NCBI GenBank assembly: GCA_963755125.1
Contig: CAVWIP010000015.1
Coordinates: forward strand, 160,001 to 224,000
Length of the DNA stretch: 64,000 bases
Direction of reading: 5' to 3'
Origin: an uncultured delta proteobacterium
Lineage (GTDB): Bacteria > Myxococcota_A > Polyangia > Fen-1088
Within the stretch, counting starts at the first letter, position 1. Each line of letters opens with the position of its first letter. Below the pieces are notes generated by a model, which had not been told where the DNA came from, did no database searches, and saw nothing but the letters and a program-made list of their open reading frames with translations. Shown here in pieces: positions 29,233-39,646 of the stretch. Both the position numbers and the translations under genes were made by a program.

Positions 29233-29742
29233 GGGACGTGTCACGCTACGACTTGAAGTGGCTTCGGCGACGCGCGAATGCGCGGCTCTTCTGTAACGAT
29301 CTCGAAGCCTTGAACCCGGAGCGCGGTGATGGCTGCCTCTTGCACTCACGTGCGGTCGTAGCGGGTTAGAAAAGCGAGCCCAACAAGCTGAGAAAGTCGA
29401 ACGCCATCAACACGACTGACAGATCCTCCATAACCGGGTCTGGCCGGACTCTCGTCCCGTTGATGGAAGTCAACAATCCGCCGATCGCAGTGGGCGCAAC
29501 GAGCCGCAGTCGCTGAAGTCCGCTTGTGACAGAAGGGACAGATCCGAGAGGACCATCGGCCGCGAAACCCATCACGCCAGATTATACAGGAAAACGGGTA
29601 TTTCGTTGAAGTCCTCCCTCCAGGCCAGCATCTCCAAGTCTTTGTCACCTCATCACGCTTCAATCCGGCGTCGCACGATGAGCGAATGTTCTTTGAGGTG
29701 CTCTTGGGCTGTCGGGCATCCAAACCCCAGGGAGGAATGAAC

Positions 29743-30126
29743 ATGAAGCGGCTGTGGACTGGGCGAATCATGAGCGGCGTGGCGGTGCTGTTCTTGTTGT
29801 TTGACAGCATCACCAAGCTTATGCGCGTGGATGCGGTGATGAAGGCGGCGGCGAACATCGGATACCCAGCGAGCACGATGGTCCCCATCGGACTGATCCT
29901 ACTCGTATGCGTGGTCGTCTACCTGATCCCGCGGACAGCCGTGCTGGGCGCAGTACTGCTCACCGGCTATCTGGGCGGCGCCGTTGCGACCCACGTGCGC
30001 GTGGGCGATCCGCTCATGAGCCACGTCCTGTTCCCGATCTACTTTGGCGTTCTGATCTGGGGCGGGCTCTACCTGCGCGACCTGCGGGTGCACGCGCTGA
30101 TCGCACGACGTGATCCGCCTCGCTAG
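29743..30126 (+). CDS. DoxX-family membrane protein
   Basis: PRTAVLGAVLLTGYLGGAVATH; SD GGAGG. Confidence 0.92.
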   Translation: MKRLWTGRIMSGVAVLFLLFDSITKLMRVDAVMKAAANIGYPASTMVPIGLILLVCVVVYLIPRTAVLGAVLLTGYLGGAVATHVRVGDPLMSHVLFPIYFGVLIWGGLYLRDLRVHALIARRDPPR

Positions 30127-30131
30127 ATGAA

Positions 30132-31145
30132 CTACACCGGTCGCCCGATGGCGCCGGCGATGACCCGCACGGCGCGCATCAGGTCGGCGAATTCCGGCAG
30201 CGACAAAGACTGGTGCCCGTCGGACAGCGCCTGGTCAGGGTGGGGGTGGACCTCGATGATGAGTCCGTCGGCGCCGGCCGCGACGGCCGCGCGAGCCATG
30301 GCCGGCACGTGCCGGCGCATGCCGATGCCGTGACTGGGATCCACGATGACGGGCAAGTGGGTCAGCGACTTCAAAACCGGAACCGCGTTCAGGTCGAGCG
30401 TGTTGCGGGTCATGGTTTCAAAGGTGCGGATGCCCCGCTCGCACAGGGCAACCTGGTAGTTGCCGTTGGAGACGATGTACTCGGCGGCCATCAGCCATTC
30501 CTTGATGGTCGCCGACGCCCCGCGCTTGAGCAGCACCGGCTTGCCCAGCTTGCCCAGGCGACGCAAGAGCGAGAAGTTCTGCATGTTGCGCGCGCCCAGT
30601 TGCAGCACGTCGGCGTAGTCGGCCACCAGCGGCAGATCGTCGGTGTCCATGATTTCGGTCACCACTTTGAGGCCGGTCTTCTCGCGCGCCAGCGCCAGCA
30701 GCTTGAGGCCGGCTTCACCCAGCCCCTGGAATTCGTAGGGGCTGGTGCGCGGCTTGAAGGCGCCGCCGCGCAGGAAAGTGGCGCCCAGTTCCTTCACGCC
30801 GCAGGCCACTTCCAGGATCTGTTCTTCCGATTCGACCGAACAGGGGCCGGCCATGATGGCCAGGCCAGGGCCGCCCAGCCGGCTACCGCCCACATCGATG
30901 ACCGTGTCTTCTTCCTTCACCTCGCGCGACACCAGCTTGAAAGGCTGTGACACGCGGATGGCGTCGGCGACTCCGGGCAGCGAGGCAAATGCCTCGGCAT
31001 CGAGTGCGCCGCGGTTGCCGGTGATGCCGATGGCCATTCGCTGGGCACCAGGGATCTCGTGCGCATCCAGCCCGAGCGCGTGGATCTTCTCGACCACAGC
31101 GGCAATCTGTGCTTCGGTCGCCTGCGGTCTCATGACGATCAACAT
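30132..31145 (-). CDS. aroF: DAHP synthase (class I-beta, with N-terminal regulatory domain)
   Basis: [36 protein letters not shown]. Confidence 0.95.
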   Translation of the reverse strand: MLIVMRPQATEAQIAAVVEKIHALGLDAHEIPGAQRMAIGITGNRGALDAEAFASLPGVADAIRVSQPFKLVSREVKEEDTVIDVGGSRLGGPGLAIMAGPCSVESEEQILEVACGVKELGATFLRGGAFKPRTSPYEFQGLGEAGLKLLALAREKTGLKVVTEIMDTDDLPLVADYADVLQLGARNMQNFSLLRRLGKLGKPVLLKRGASATIKEWLMAAEYIVSNGNYQVALCERGIRTFETMTRNTLDLNAVPVLKSLTHLPVIVDPSHGIGMRRHVPAMARAAVAAGADGLIIEVHPHPDQALSDGHQSLSLPEFADLMRAVRVIAGAIGRPV

Positions 31146-31193
31146 GGATGTCTCCTCGCGCGGATACTATCCCGAAGCGGCCGTGCGCGCGGG

Positions 31194-33539
31194 CTAGAAC
31201 TGAAGTCCGGCCAGCAGCCCTGGATACATTCGGACCACATAGCCGCCGTTGTGCCAGGCCTGCTCGGCCCATCCGATACTGCGCGGGGCGCGGTCGTCGG
31301 GGTTCTGGGCGACCTGCACGTTCAGGGTGGGCCCGGCGACTACCGCGAAGTGGGGTGCGAACTGGTAGCCGGCTTGTAGGCGCAAGCTGTTGATCTGGCG
31401 ATGTTCGTCTTGCCAGTGGTCCAAGGTGGCGAACGACGTCCCCACCGCATCGACGTCGAAGAAGAGCGGTCCGTGCGAAGGTGTGATGTGACCGCCGATG
31501 CCGAAGGTGCACGAGAACTCGCGATCACCGTTGCTGGCGCGATCGCGGGTCATGCCAGCGCCCAGCACCACGTACACGTGCCGCGTGCCCAGCTTGGCGC
31601 CGAGATTGACCACGCTCGTGTCGCTGTACCACAGCAGTCCGTGGTTGTAGCCGTCCAGAACGATGGGCAGAATCCCGATGGACGCGCCGTCGTTCTTGCG
31701 AGCGAAGTTCACCAAACCCACCTGGGCGCCTTCCACCTCGTCCGCCACGTTCACCAGCCCGACCTGGGCGCCGTGAACCTTGCGGCCCACGTTTACCAGC
31801 CCGACCTGGGCGCCGTCGAACATTCCGACGCTGCCGTTGGCGTTGGCCAGGCCCACCTGGGCGCCGCTCGATTCCGTCGCCCGCCAAGCCATGTTGATCA
31901 GGCCGGCCTGCAGACCATGAACGTCACTCTTCACGACGTTAACCAGTCCAGCCTCAATGCCATGTGCCTCTCCTGTGTTCAGGTTCACTAGGCCGGCTTC
32001 GAGGCCGTGCAAGGAACCTCGATTGATGTTGAGGAGGCCAGCCTTGACACCGTGCAAGGAGCCTCGATTGATGTTGAGCATGGCAGCCTGAAGACCGTGC
32101 AAGTCGCCGTTCAAAATATTGGCAAAGGGCGCTACCTGAATGCCGCGCAGCCCGCCCAACGCCATGTTCATGCCCCAGGCGAGTTGCGCGCCCCGTGCCG
32201 GGCCGTAACTGAGCTGGTAGAAGCCGCCCACCTGCGCGCCCACCATCTCGTACTGGGCGATGTTCCCCGCCAGGGAAAGTTGCAGACCGTGCAACGAATC
32301 GGAATGGCCGACCAGCCCGAGCACGACGTGGTTGCGGACAGGCAGCTCCGATGGACCGGACAGGCGCACACCCGGCGCCAGCACCAGATCGAAGGCGACA
32401 TCCTTGTAGATGCGGGGCGCAGGCAGGTTCGGCCCGAGCGGAGGCTGCGCGACGGGCACGAATTCATCGCCGCGCCGGGTGCTCAGCATGGGCGCCACCG
32501 CGCTGAACTGGTTCTTGCCCAGCTCGATCCGGCCACCGTCGGCCAGCTCGGCCTTGGCCTCGAAGATGCGGCCGTCGCTGTCCATCACCACGCGGTACGC
32601 GCCCGGCTCCAGCCCCAGCTCGACGGGATAGCTTGGTTCCTTGTGCAGTTCGACCAGCAGGTGGCCGCTGGCATCGCGCACGTAGATGCGACCGTAAAGC
32701 TCGCGGCCCAGCACCAGGCGCGCATTCGAGCCGTGCAGATCGGTGATGACCAGATCGCCAGTGCCGGCGAGCTGGATGTCGTAGGCCGGGTGCTGCGCGC
32801 CCGCGCGCGAGGTTTCAGTGCGCTGCAGGGTTTCGTTGTAGGCGAACTGGTAAGCCTCGTTGAGCGTCACGCGGCCGTCGCGGTTGCTGTCGGCAGCACC
32901 GCGCATGCCGGATAGCAGATAGTGAGTGAAGAAGGCCGCGCCGATACGGTCGGATTCCTGCGCCGCCTCGTCGGCCGAGCTGGCGGTCAAAAAGGCGTGA
33001 CCGCGGGCCTGGGTCGAGGCGTCCGAGAGAAAGGCCTGGCGCCGCACGCCACCCTTCAGCCGGATGAGCGCGCCCGAGGCGCAGGAATCGAGCACGGCGA
33101 TGCGCACCTCGGCGCCGGTTCCGTCGATCCACTGGCGTAGCTCTCCATATCCGACCCGCTCGCCACCCAGCAGCAGGCCATCCTCATCCGAGTGGCCGGA
33201 GTAGTAGACGAACAGCTCGCGACGCACCTGCGGCCGACGCTCAGCCGCGATCTGGTTTTTCACTTGCTCGAAAGCCTCGCGCAGAGCACTTCGGCTCGCC
33301 TCGCGGATCAAGAGGACATCGCGAGCCTGCACGCCGCCGAGACTGGCGAGTACGTGCGCCAGTGATTCCGCGTCGGAGTTGGCAAAACGCAGCCGGGTGC
33401 GATCCGGGCCCCCGTTGTTCGACGATGCCACCAGGGCGAAGCGTCGCAGCGACGGGGCGTCGCCGGAATCGGCGGCAAGCGCCGGGCCGGCAAAGGCGAA
33501 CGCGAAAAGCAGGATAACGAAACCTACTCGGGAACTCAT
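31194..33539 (-). CDS. Exported caspase-family (C14-like) peptidase with 15-aa G-x-Q-x-G-x-x-N repeats and probable C-terminal beta-barrel
   Basis: Signal peptide; YYSGHSD and LDSCASG dyad; repeat region; C-terminal GLQF. Confidence 0.88.
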   Translation of the reverse strand: MSSRVGFVILLFAFAFAGPALAADSGDAPSLRRFALVASSNNGGPDRTRLRFANSDAESLAHVLASLGGVQARDVLLIREASRSALREAFEQVKNQIAAERRPQVRRELFVYYSGHSDEDGLLLGGERVGYGELRQWIDGTGAEVRIAVLDSCASGALIRLKGGVRRQAFLSDASTQARGHAFLTASSADEAAQESDRIGAAFFTHYLLSGMRGAADSNRDGRVTLNEAYQFAYNETLQRTETSRAGAQHPAYDIQLAGTGDLVITDLHGSNARLVLGRELYGRIYVRDASGHLLVELHKEPSYPVELGLEPGAYRVVMDSDGRIFEAKAELADGGRIELGKNQFSAVAPMLSTRRGDEFVPVAQPPLGPNLPAPRIYKDVAFDLVLAPGVRLSGPSELPVRNHVVLGLVGHSDSLHGLQLSLAGNIAQYEMVGAQVGGFYQLSYGPARGAQLAWGMNMALGGLRGIQVAPFANILNGDLHGLQAAMLNINRGSLHGVKAGLLNINRGSLHGLEAGLVNLNTGEAHGIEAGLVNVVKSDVHGLQAGLINMAWRATESSGAQVGLANANGSVGMFDGAQVGLVNVGRKVHGAQVGLVNVADEVEGAQVGLVNFARKNDGASIGILPIVLDGYNHGLLWYSDTSVVNLGAKLGTRHVYVVLGAGMTRDRASNGDREFSCTFGIGGHITPSHGPLFFDVDAVGTSFATLDHWQDEHRQINSLRLQAGYQFAPHFAVVAGPTLNVQVAQNPDDRAPRSIGWAEQAWHNGGYVVRMYPGLLAGLQF
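31700..32300 (-). repeat. Coding tandem repeats of about 45 nt (15 aa)
   Basis: CCGTGCAAGGARCCTCGATTGATGTTGAG at 32005 and 32050; repeated GAQVGLVN. Confidence 0.85.
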
Positions 33540-34297
33540 GGTGTTTCCTTTTCGAGGGTGATGGACCAGGTCGCAAAGGAATGGGGCAAGGCCGGGCCTT
33601 GCTTGAGGCTGCGCACCACCAGTTCCGTGTCAAAGGGTGCGTCTGCAGTTACGAACACGAAGCGCTCGAAGCCAGGCGAGCTGTCGAGCTCATAGGCGTG
33701 GGCCAGCGCCCGCTCGCCATCCTTGGCCAGGGCGACCGCCTGGCCGGGCGTTTCGGGCAGGTGCAGCGTGACTGCGCCACGAGCGTCGCAGGACGCGACC
33801 ACGCCGTAGCGCTTGCCCGCGGCGATGTAGCGCACCTGCACGATATCGCCGGGGTGCAGGCGCGCCGTCGGGCCCAGCCGTTCGACTCCCGCCGTGGTCT
33901 TGCGGTAGAGCCCGAGGGAAGGCTGCAATCCCTTGCTGGTGATGGTTTCCTGCGCTGGCTGCCCACGCGACAGACCTGAACTTAGCGGTCCCCCGGGCGC
34001 ACGAACAAGGAGCAGGGCGATGGCGGTTGCACCGGCCGTGAGGAACGAAAGCGCCCAGACCGGCCGCCAGATGGTGAAGTTGCGACCTGCTCGCCGTCGT
34101 ACCTCGGCCGTCACCTGGTCCGCAGGATGCGCGGCCAGGATCTCCCTGTTCGACGCCGCCAGCGCATCCAGACGATCCTGTTCACCGGTGGCAACAAGGC
34201 GTTCCCGCAAGGCGCGAGCCTGCGCGGCGGGCAGTTCGCCAGCGGCCAGCCGTTCAAGCAACCAGTCAGGAACCCGTTCACTCGGTGTAGCCATCAT
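33536..34297 (-). CDS. ActD-like single-pass membrane protein (putative anti-sigma factor)
   Basis: PDWLLERLAAGEL N-terminus, TM, extracytoplasmic domain; coupled to ECF sigma. Confidence 0.8.
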   Translation of the reverse strand: MMATPSERVPDWLLERLAAGELPAAQARALRERLVATGEQDRLDALAASNREILAAHPADQVTAEVRRRAGRNFTIWRPVWALSFLTAGATAIALLLVRAPGGPLSSGLSRGQPAQETITSKGLQPSLGLYRKTTAGVERLGPTARLHPGDIVQVRYIAAGKRYGVVASCDARGAVTLHLPETPGQAVALAKDGERALAHAYELDSSPGFERFVFVTADAPFDTELVVRSLKQGPALPHSFATWSITLEKETP

Positions 34298-34779
34298 ACG
34301 TCTCCTTGTGCAACTGGCAGGCGTTGCTTCAGCGTGCGCAGCCGCTTGCGGACTCCCGACACCGACATGCCCACCTCGGCAGCCACTTCCTCTAGGGTCA
34401 GCCGGTCCACGTAGAGCAGCACCGCGATGAGACGCGTGGAGGCCGGCTCGCCGCCGAAGATGCGGTCCAGCGCCCGGCGTGCCAGAGACAGGTTTTCCGC
34501 GTCATGGCCCAGCGATGCGATGCGCGCCAACAGGTCGTCGTTCGCGTCCTCTGGTCTGCGGCGTTCGCTGCGCAGACGGTTGAGGCACACGTGGGTCGCG
34601 GTGGTCAGGAGCAGGCCAGCCGGCGCTCGCGCGTCCAGGCGGTTCTCCCGTCGCAACAATTCAACGAAGACATCGTGCATGGCATCCACGGCCTTGCTCT
34701 CGTCCCGTAGCAGGGTGCGACACCGACGCAAAACCATAGGTCCATGTGTCCGATAGAGGCTGTCGATGTCCACCGCCAT
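34294..34779 (-). CDS. ECF RNA polymerase sigma factor
   Basis: LY..HGPMV.RRC..LL.D...A.DA.HDVF (region 2); TLEEVA.EVGMS (region 4). Confidence 0.92.
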   Translation of the reverse strand: MAVDIDSLYRTHGPMVLRRCRTLLRDESKAVDAMHDVFVELLRRENRLDARAPAGLLLTTATHVCLNRLRSERRRPEDANDDLLARIASLGHDAENLSLARRALDRIFGGEPASTRLIAVLLYVDRLTLEEVAAEVGMSVSGVRKRLRTLKQRLPVAQGDV

Positions 34780-35136
34780 GCGGGCTTTCTATTACGAGAA
34801 CACCGGTCGGTTGGGAAAGTGTCACTTCGGGGCGGCCGTCAATTACACTAGATTTTCCGTCCCAAGTCAGCGGGGTGTTGTTAGACCGAAGGTCAACGCA
34901 AGCCCGTTGACCTGTCGGCCGCCTCAACGAGGTGTGTGCAAATGCCGAATAGCAGAATTTCAAGCCGAATTTCTTGCTGCACGATCAGGAGAGATCTCGT
35001 CTTTCTGAGCGCGGTGGCGACGCTCGCCGCGTGCAAGACCGCTGACGTCAGCCAGATGCCCCAGGGAGGGCGACCATCAATGGAGGACACAGTAGGGAAG
35101 CTGGCTTTTGCCCAGCGACGAAAGGCGGTTTCAGCG

Positions 35137-35190
35137 GTGCCGGAGAAGGGAGTCGAACCCTTAAGCCTGTTAGGACGGCGGATTTTGAGT
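35137..35190 (-). repeat. att direct repeat: displaced 3' half of tRNA-Leu
   Basis: 52/54 identical to 45407-45460; ends at the anticodon loop. Confidence 0.95.
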
Positions 35191-35284
35191 TGAAATCCGG
35201 GGGTAGCACGGGGATGCACCGGGAGGCTTCTCCGACGGTGAGCGCGGCACCGGAGGATCGGCGATCCCATCGAAATGAACCCCG

Positions 35285-35307
35285 CTAGGACCTAGATAGG
35301 ACCTACC
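35285..35307 (+). repeat. Putative integrase arm-type sites (left)
   Basis: CTAGGACCTA-GA-TAGGACCTACC, repeated at 45321-45343. Confidence 0.75.
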
Positions 35308-35471
35308 CGATCCGGCCCTGCGAGCACGGGCGGGATGGTGCTGCGCACCCGCGGCCAGGCTGAAACCGCGCGCGTGGCTGCGTGGCTTCACGTCTGGCGC
35401 GCATTCCCCTTCGGTGTGGACATCTTACTCTCGCTGGCCGCCGAAGTCGCGCGGTGAAGCCACCGGCGTTG

Positions 35472-35696
35472 CTACGGAACGGATCGGGGCAGGATCTCCC
35501 GCGGCTGCACCTTGAACGCCTTGGCCAGTTTCCACACAGTGCGAAGGGTGACAGAGCGGCCCGCTTCGATGCGCTGGTAGTGCCGGAGGCTGAAGCCAAG
35601 GTCCATCATGTCTTCTTGCGTGAGACTGCGGGCCTCTCGGAGCGTGCGAACGCGCCGCCCGAACGCACGGCAGAAGCCTGGAAAGTCTGTCGCCAC
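35472..35696 (-). CDS. Xre-family HTH regulator
   Basis: FGRRVRTLREARSLTQE...YQRIEAG...TL.TVWKLAKAF. Confidence 0.88.
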   Translation of the reverse strand: MATDFPGFCRAFGRRVRTLREARSLTQEDMMDLGFSLRHYQRIEAGRSVTLRTVWKLAKAFKVQPREILPRSVP

Positions 35697-35801
35697 CGGG
35701 GGGTGACGCTAGGAGCAGGTGGCCATCCTGACCACGGCTCAAAATGTCGTAAGAGATTGCAGGGGTTGCGGCAAATCCCTCACGGGGCGACAATGGGCGG
35801 C

Positions 35802-36644
35802 ATGGTAGCCAGGCTGGGCCTCATGCTCTTGTGTCTTGCCCTTTCGCTGGCGTTCCCCCATCTCGCGCACGCCGACGACAAGGCGACCGCGCGGGCACAC
35901 TACGCGACTGCCACGCGCCTCTACGACGTAGGCGAGTACGAGAAAGCGCTGGCCGAGTACAAGGCCGCCTACGTCGCCAAGGATGATCCGGCGTTCCTCT
36001 TCAACATCGGTCAGTGTTATCGGCAACTCGGCCAAGAGGCGGAGGCGCTCAACTTTTTTCGGCGCTACCTGAAGAAGGCGCCACCCGACGACCCGAACCG
36101 CGCCCAGGTCGAGGCTCGCTACCGGGACACGGCGGCAGCCGCAGAATTCAAGGAGGACTTGGAGCGAGCCTCGGAACGGAAGGAGGCCGCCACTCCACCA
36201 TCGGAACACCCTCCGATTGTGCCGACGCCTGCGCCGCCGGTTGTCGAGCCTCCGCCGCCACCGGCGCCACCACTGCCCGTGCCCACCCCGGTCGTGGTCA
36301 GGCAGCCTGCGCCGGTCATCCCTGCCCCGGTGGCGAGCGACCCGGGCCGCAGCCTCCGCGTCGGCGGTATCGTCACCGGTGCGGCCGGCGTGGCGTCTAT
36401 CGCGACCGCCATCTATTTCTACGCCCGCGCGAGGCACTATTCGGACATCGTATCCAATGACCGAAACCACACGGCGACCGACGAACAGTCGGGCCGGAAC
36501 GCCGAGACCTACCAGTGGGTCTTCTACAGCGTCGGGGCTGCGGCGCTCACGACCGGCGCCGTGCTGTACTGGCTCGGCTGGCCATCCGTCAGACCAGTGG
36601 TCGGGCCGGGCGTCGCAGGCATCTCAGCCAGAGGGACGTTCTGA
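35802..36644 (+). CDS. Exported tetratricopeptide-repeat protein (myxobacterial type)
   Basis: Signal peptide ..AHA; TPRs (FLFNIGQCYRQLG); Pro-rich linker; hydrophobic C-terminus ending GTF. ATG follows TTGCGG-17-GACAAT. Confidence 0.88.
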   Translation: MVARLGLMLLCLALSLAFPHLAHADDKATARAHYATATRLYDVGEYEKALAEYKAAYVAKDDPAFLFNIGQCYRQLGQEAEALNFFRRYLKKAPPDDPNRAQVEARYRDTAAAAEFKEDLERASERKEAATPPSEHPPIVPTPAPPVVEPPPPPAPPLPVPTPVVVRQPAPVIPAPVASDPGRSLRVGGIVTGAAGVASIATAIYFYARARHYSDIVSNDRNHTATDEQSGRNAETYQWVFYSVGAAALTTGAVLYWLGWPSVRPVVGPGVAGISARGTF

Positions 36645-38803
36645 TGCGAACCCACGCCATCGTTGGTCTTCTCGTCGTCGCGGGCTGCGGGTACAACCCA
36701 CACCAGAACTACTCTGACCTGCCGGACGTCGGCGCGCAGGCAGGCCCAGATGCGGCTCAGGCTTCCCCGGACACGCGGAAACCGGTGGACGCTGGGGGCG
36801 CAGGCGGCCGCGATGGCGCCGCCACCAGCCCACGCGATGCTGCAGCCATTGCAGGCGGTAGCGGCGGCTCCGCGGGAACAGCCAGTTCCGGCGGTACCAG
36901 CGGGATCGCTGGCGCTGGTGGAATAGCTGGGGGCGGAGGTACGGGGGGGATTGCGAGCGGAACCGGCGCCCGTGCGGTGGATGGAGGTGGCAGCGTAGGG
37001 GGCATAGCTGGTGGCGCTGGCACAGTGGGAGGCAGCGGAGGGGCCGGCCCCAGCGGTGGCTCGGGCGTTAGTACCGGCGGGAGCATCGCCAGCTCCTCAG
37101 TGGCCCCGTCATGCACTCCGGACACGACCAACCTAGTGACTGGACAGACGTGGATCTGTGACTCGGACCCCAGTTTGAACCCCAACATCGAGATCCAGGG
37201 ATCGTTCTATCCCTACGGCGACGGGTCGTCGTGTGTCACGGCGAACCCATTTTGCTCACCCACGGCCGGATGCTGCATCAGCGGCACCACGGTCGTCGAC
37301 CCGACCTTAGCGAAATGGGGCTGTGGCATTGGCATGGAACTGAACGACACGGGCGGAACTGCGCCCGTCAAGAGCGTCTACAGTGGCCCTGTAACGTGCT
37401 TCAACATCACCTTAACCGGGAACAGCGGGGGCAATGAGGTGCGCATCGGTTTTACCCAAAGCACGGCCACGGCGGGGAAGGTTTCGCCGTACACCTCGGT
37501 GGCCGCATTCACCAATGGATGGACCGGACGGGTGTGTTTCAACAGTTCCGAGTGTCCTTATTGGGCGACCGCGGCCGAGTGCACGAAGGCCGTTGGCACT
37601 GAAGGCACACCGTACGACTTGCAGATCCAGGTTAACGCCGGCAGCACTGCAACCTCTGTTGGTACCTTCAACGTGTGCGTGACCGACATCGCACCGGTGA
37701 TCGCAGCCCCGCCTGCTAACGACGCTTCCGCGGACGCGAAGCTTGCTGCCGACGCTCCACCCGATGTGCCGTCGGCCGACGCACACCCGGATGTGGCGCT
37801 GCTGCAAGGAGTTTTCGTACCGACGGGCAGCATGACCGTGGCAAGGGAGTCCCACACGGCGACGTTGTTGGCGAGCGGAAAGGTGCTCATCGCTGGCGGC
37901 GAGGGTGTCAGCGGCGGGTCTCTCACGAGCGCGGAGTTATACGACCCGGTGGCTGGGACTTTCAGAGCTACCGGCAGCATGACCGTAGGAAGGCAGGAAT
38001 TCACGGCGACGTTGTTGGCGAGCGGGATGGTGCTCGTCGTCGGCGGATTTGGAGAAAGCGGGGAACTCGCGAGCGCGGAACTATATGACCCCAATACTGG
38101 CGCATTCACGACCACCGGCAGCATGACGATGGGAAGGCGCTTTCACACGGGGACCTTGTTGGAGAACGGAATGGTGCTCGTCGCCGGAGGATACGACGAT
38201 ACCGGGGACCTCGCGAGTGCGGAGTTATACGACCCAGTGGCTGGGACTTTCACAGCTACCGGCAGCATGACCGTGGCACGGGAAGAGCACACGGCGACGT
38301 TGTTGGCGAGCGGGATGGTGCTCGTCGTCGGCGGGTGGAGCTACCTCGACGAGACCGCGAGCGCAGAGCTTTACGACCCGGCGGCCGGAACATTCACCGC
38401 CACCGGCAGCATGTCAGTGGCGAGGGGAGGCACGGCGACTTTGCTTCCGAACGGGATGGTGCTCGTCGCCGGTGGAAGCGGCGACACAAGCGCAGAGCTT
38501 TACGACTCGGCGGCCGGAACATTCACCGCCACCGGCAGCATGACCATAGCGAGGAGCGGACAGACGGCGACGTTGTTGCCGAGCGGAAAGGTGCTCACCG
38601 CTGGCGGAGTCCTCGATTACAGCGGGAATACCCTCGCGAGCGCGGAACTATATGACCCAGCGGCCGGAATATTCACCGCCACCGGCAGCATGAACGCGGT
38701 GAGGGCCGGTCACACGGCGACGTTGTTGGCGAGCGGAAAGGTGCTCATCGCTGGCGGATTCGGTAGCGGAATCTTTCTCGTGAGCGCTGAACTATACGAG
38801 TAG
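36644..38803 (+). CDS. Lipoprotein: Gly-rich linker, Cys-rich domain, 7-blade kelch propeller
   Basis: TGATG coupling; lipobox VAGC; seven F.ATGSM..AR..HTATLL..G.VL..GG...SAELYDP units. Confidence 0.9.
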   Translation: MRTHAIVGLLVVAGCGYNPHQNYSDLPDVGAQAGPDAAQASPDTRKPVDAGGAGGRDGAATSPRDAAAIAGGSGGSAGTASSGGTSGIAGAGGIAGGGGTGGIASGTGARAVDGGGSVGGIAGGAGTVGGSGGAGPSGGSGVSTGGSIASSSVAPSCTPDTTNLVTGQTWICDSDPSLNPNIEIQGSFYPYGDGSSCVTANPFCSPTAGCCISGTTVVDPTLAKWGCGIGMELNDTGGTAPVKSVYSGPVTCFNITLTGNSGGNEVRIGFTQSTATAGKVSPYTSVAAFTNGWTGRVCFNSSECPYWATAAECTKAVGTEGTPYDLQIQVNAGSTATSVGTFNVCVTDIAPVIAAPPANDASADAKLAADAPPDVPSADAHPDVALLQGVFVPTGSMTVARESHTATLLASGKVLIAGGEGVSGGSLTSAELYDPVAGTFRATGSMTVGRQEFTATLLASGMVLVVGGFGESGELASAELYDPNTGAFTTTGSMTMGRRFHTGTLLENGMVLVAGGYDDTGDLASAELYDPVAGTFTATGSMTVAREEHTATLLASGMVLVVGGWSYLDETASAELYDPAAGTFTATGSMSVARGGTATLLPNGMVLVAGGSGDTSAELYDSAAGTFTATGSMTIARSGQTATLLPSGKVLTAGGVLDYSGNTLASAELYDPAAGIFTATGSMNAVRAGHTATLLASGKVLIAGGFGSGIFLVSAELYE
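37814..38800 (+). repeat. Seven coding kelch repeats (about 130-150 nt each)
   Basis: Recurring ACCGGCAGCATG and GCGACGTTGTTGGCGAGCGG blocks. Confidence 0.9.
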
Positions 38804-38941
38804 CCCCGACCGAAGGCGGCCATCCAAAGAGCCACAGTGGAAGCGCGCCAAGCCAGCCGAAGCACTGCTGCGGCGCCGATGCTGGGGTACACTTAGCCAT
38901 CCCAGGCAACCCGGCGGCCGATCCCCGCCGGGTGGGGCCGC

Positions 38942-39580
38942 GTGGCACCTTCGGCGGCCCCGGCCTGGCGCCTTTTCCTCGCAAGGTGCGGAAAAGGTGC
39001 AAACGTGGCCGCGAAAGAACCGAGCGCCAAGTTCAGGCGAGCATTGGAGGCGGAGGCGGCGCAGGCCCCGCCCCGTCTCTTGCCCGTCGCAGCCATGCGG
39101 CCTCGGCCAAGGGGCGGGCATGCGCACGATCTTCTTGAGACGTTGTTGAACGCGTTTGGCCGAAACACCACGGGAGGCGGTAGCCCTCCGCCGAGTGAGC
39201 GCACGGCCAGGCGCGCGGTCTTTCCGGCGGAAGCAGATCCCAGCGCGCGTCTGGCCCGGTGGACCCGCGAGATACACGAAGCCGCACCGATCTTGCAAGA
39301 GCTTGTCGCCAGGGTAGCGAAGTTGCAGCGCTCGCCGTTGCCTCGGCCACGCGACTACGCGCGGGAGTGGGCGAGCATCATCGAAGTCTGGAACCGGGAA
39401 ATCTACGAGCGCGAGTGGCTGGACCTGCCACCGCTCTGCGAGTCCTGCGGCCGGCCGGTTTTCCGGCGGCCGTCAGAGCGGATGGCGTCCCGAAACTACG
39501 ACCTCAGCACCGTTTGTTCAGAACCCTGCCGCCTCAGACGAAAATCTCGGCGCTCGGCGGCGAAGCATCGGCAGAAGTAG
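38942..39580 (+). CDS. Hypothetical protein with C-terminal zinc finger; start uncertain
   Basis: CESCG...CSEPCR followed by a basic tail. Confidence 0.55.
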   Translation: MAPSAAPAWRLFLARCGKGANVAAKEPSAKFRRALEAEAAQAPPRLLPVAAMRPRPRGGHAHDLLETLLNAFGRNTTGGGSPPPSERTARRAVFPAEADPSARLARWTREIHEAAPILQELVARVAKLQRSPLPRPRDYAREWASIIEVWNREIYEREWLDLPPLCESCGRPVFRRPSERMASRNYDLSTVCSEPCRLRRKSRRSAAKHRQK

Positions 39581-39646
39581 CGCAGTGCTAGCCAGTCTAC
39601 CAGTAGACCGGTGACGGGCGGCACGGGGGCGCGCACGCTCCAACGC

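Noticed and set aside
29240..29640. Possible minus-strand gene remnant (…TRYDRT*VQEAAITALRVQG…) between cupin and DoxX
   Set aside because: No family recognisable by eye; a BLASTX search is needed before calling a pseudogene.
34936..35193. 85-aa ORF at the left att site
   Set aside because: Runs through the tRNA fragment; no SD or family motif.
37814..38800. Kelch repeats as a CRISPR array or DGR template/variable region
   Set aside because: Units are in-frame coding blades of 130-150 nt; no cas or reverse transcriptase gene is in the window and differences are not adenine-specific.
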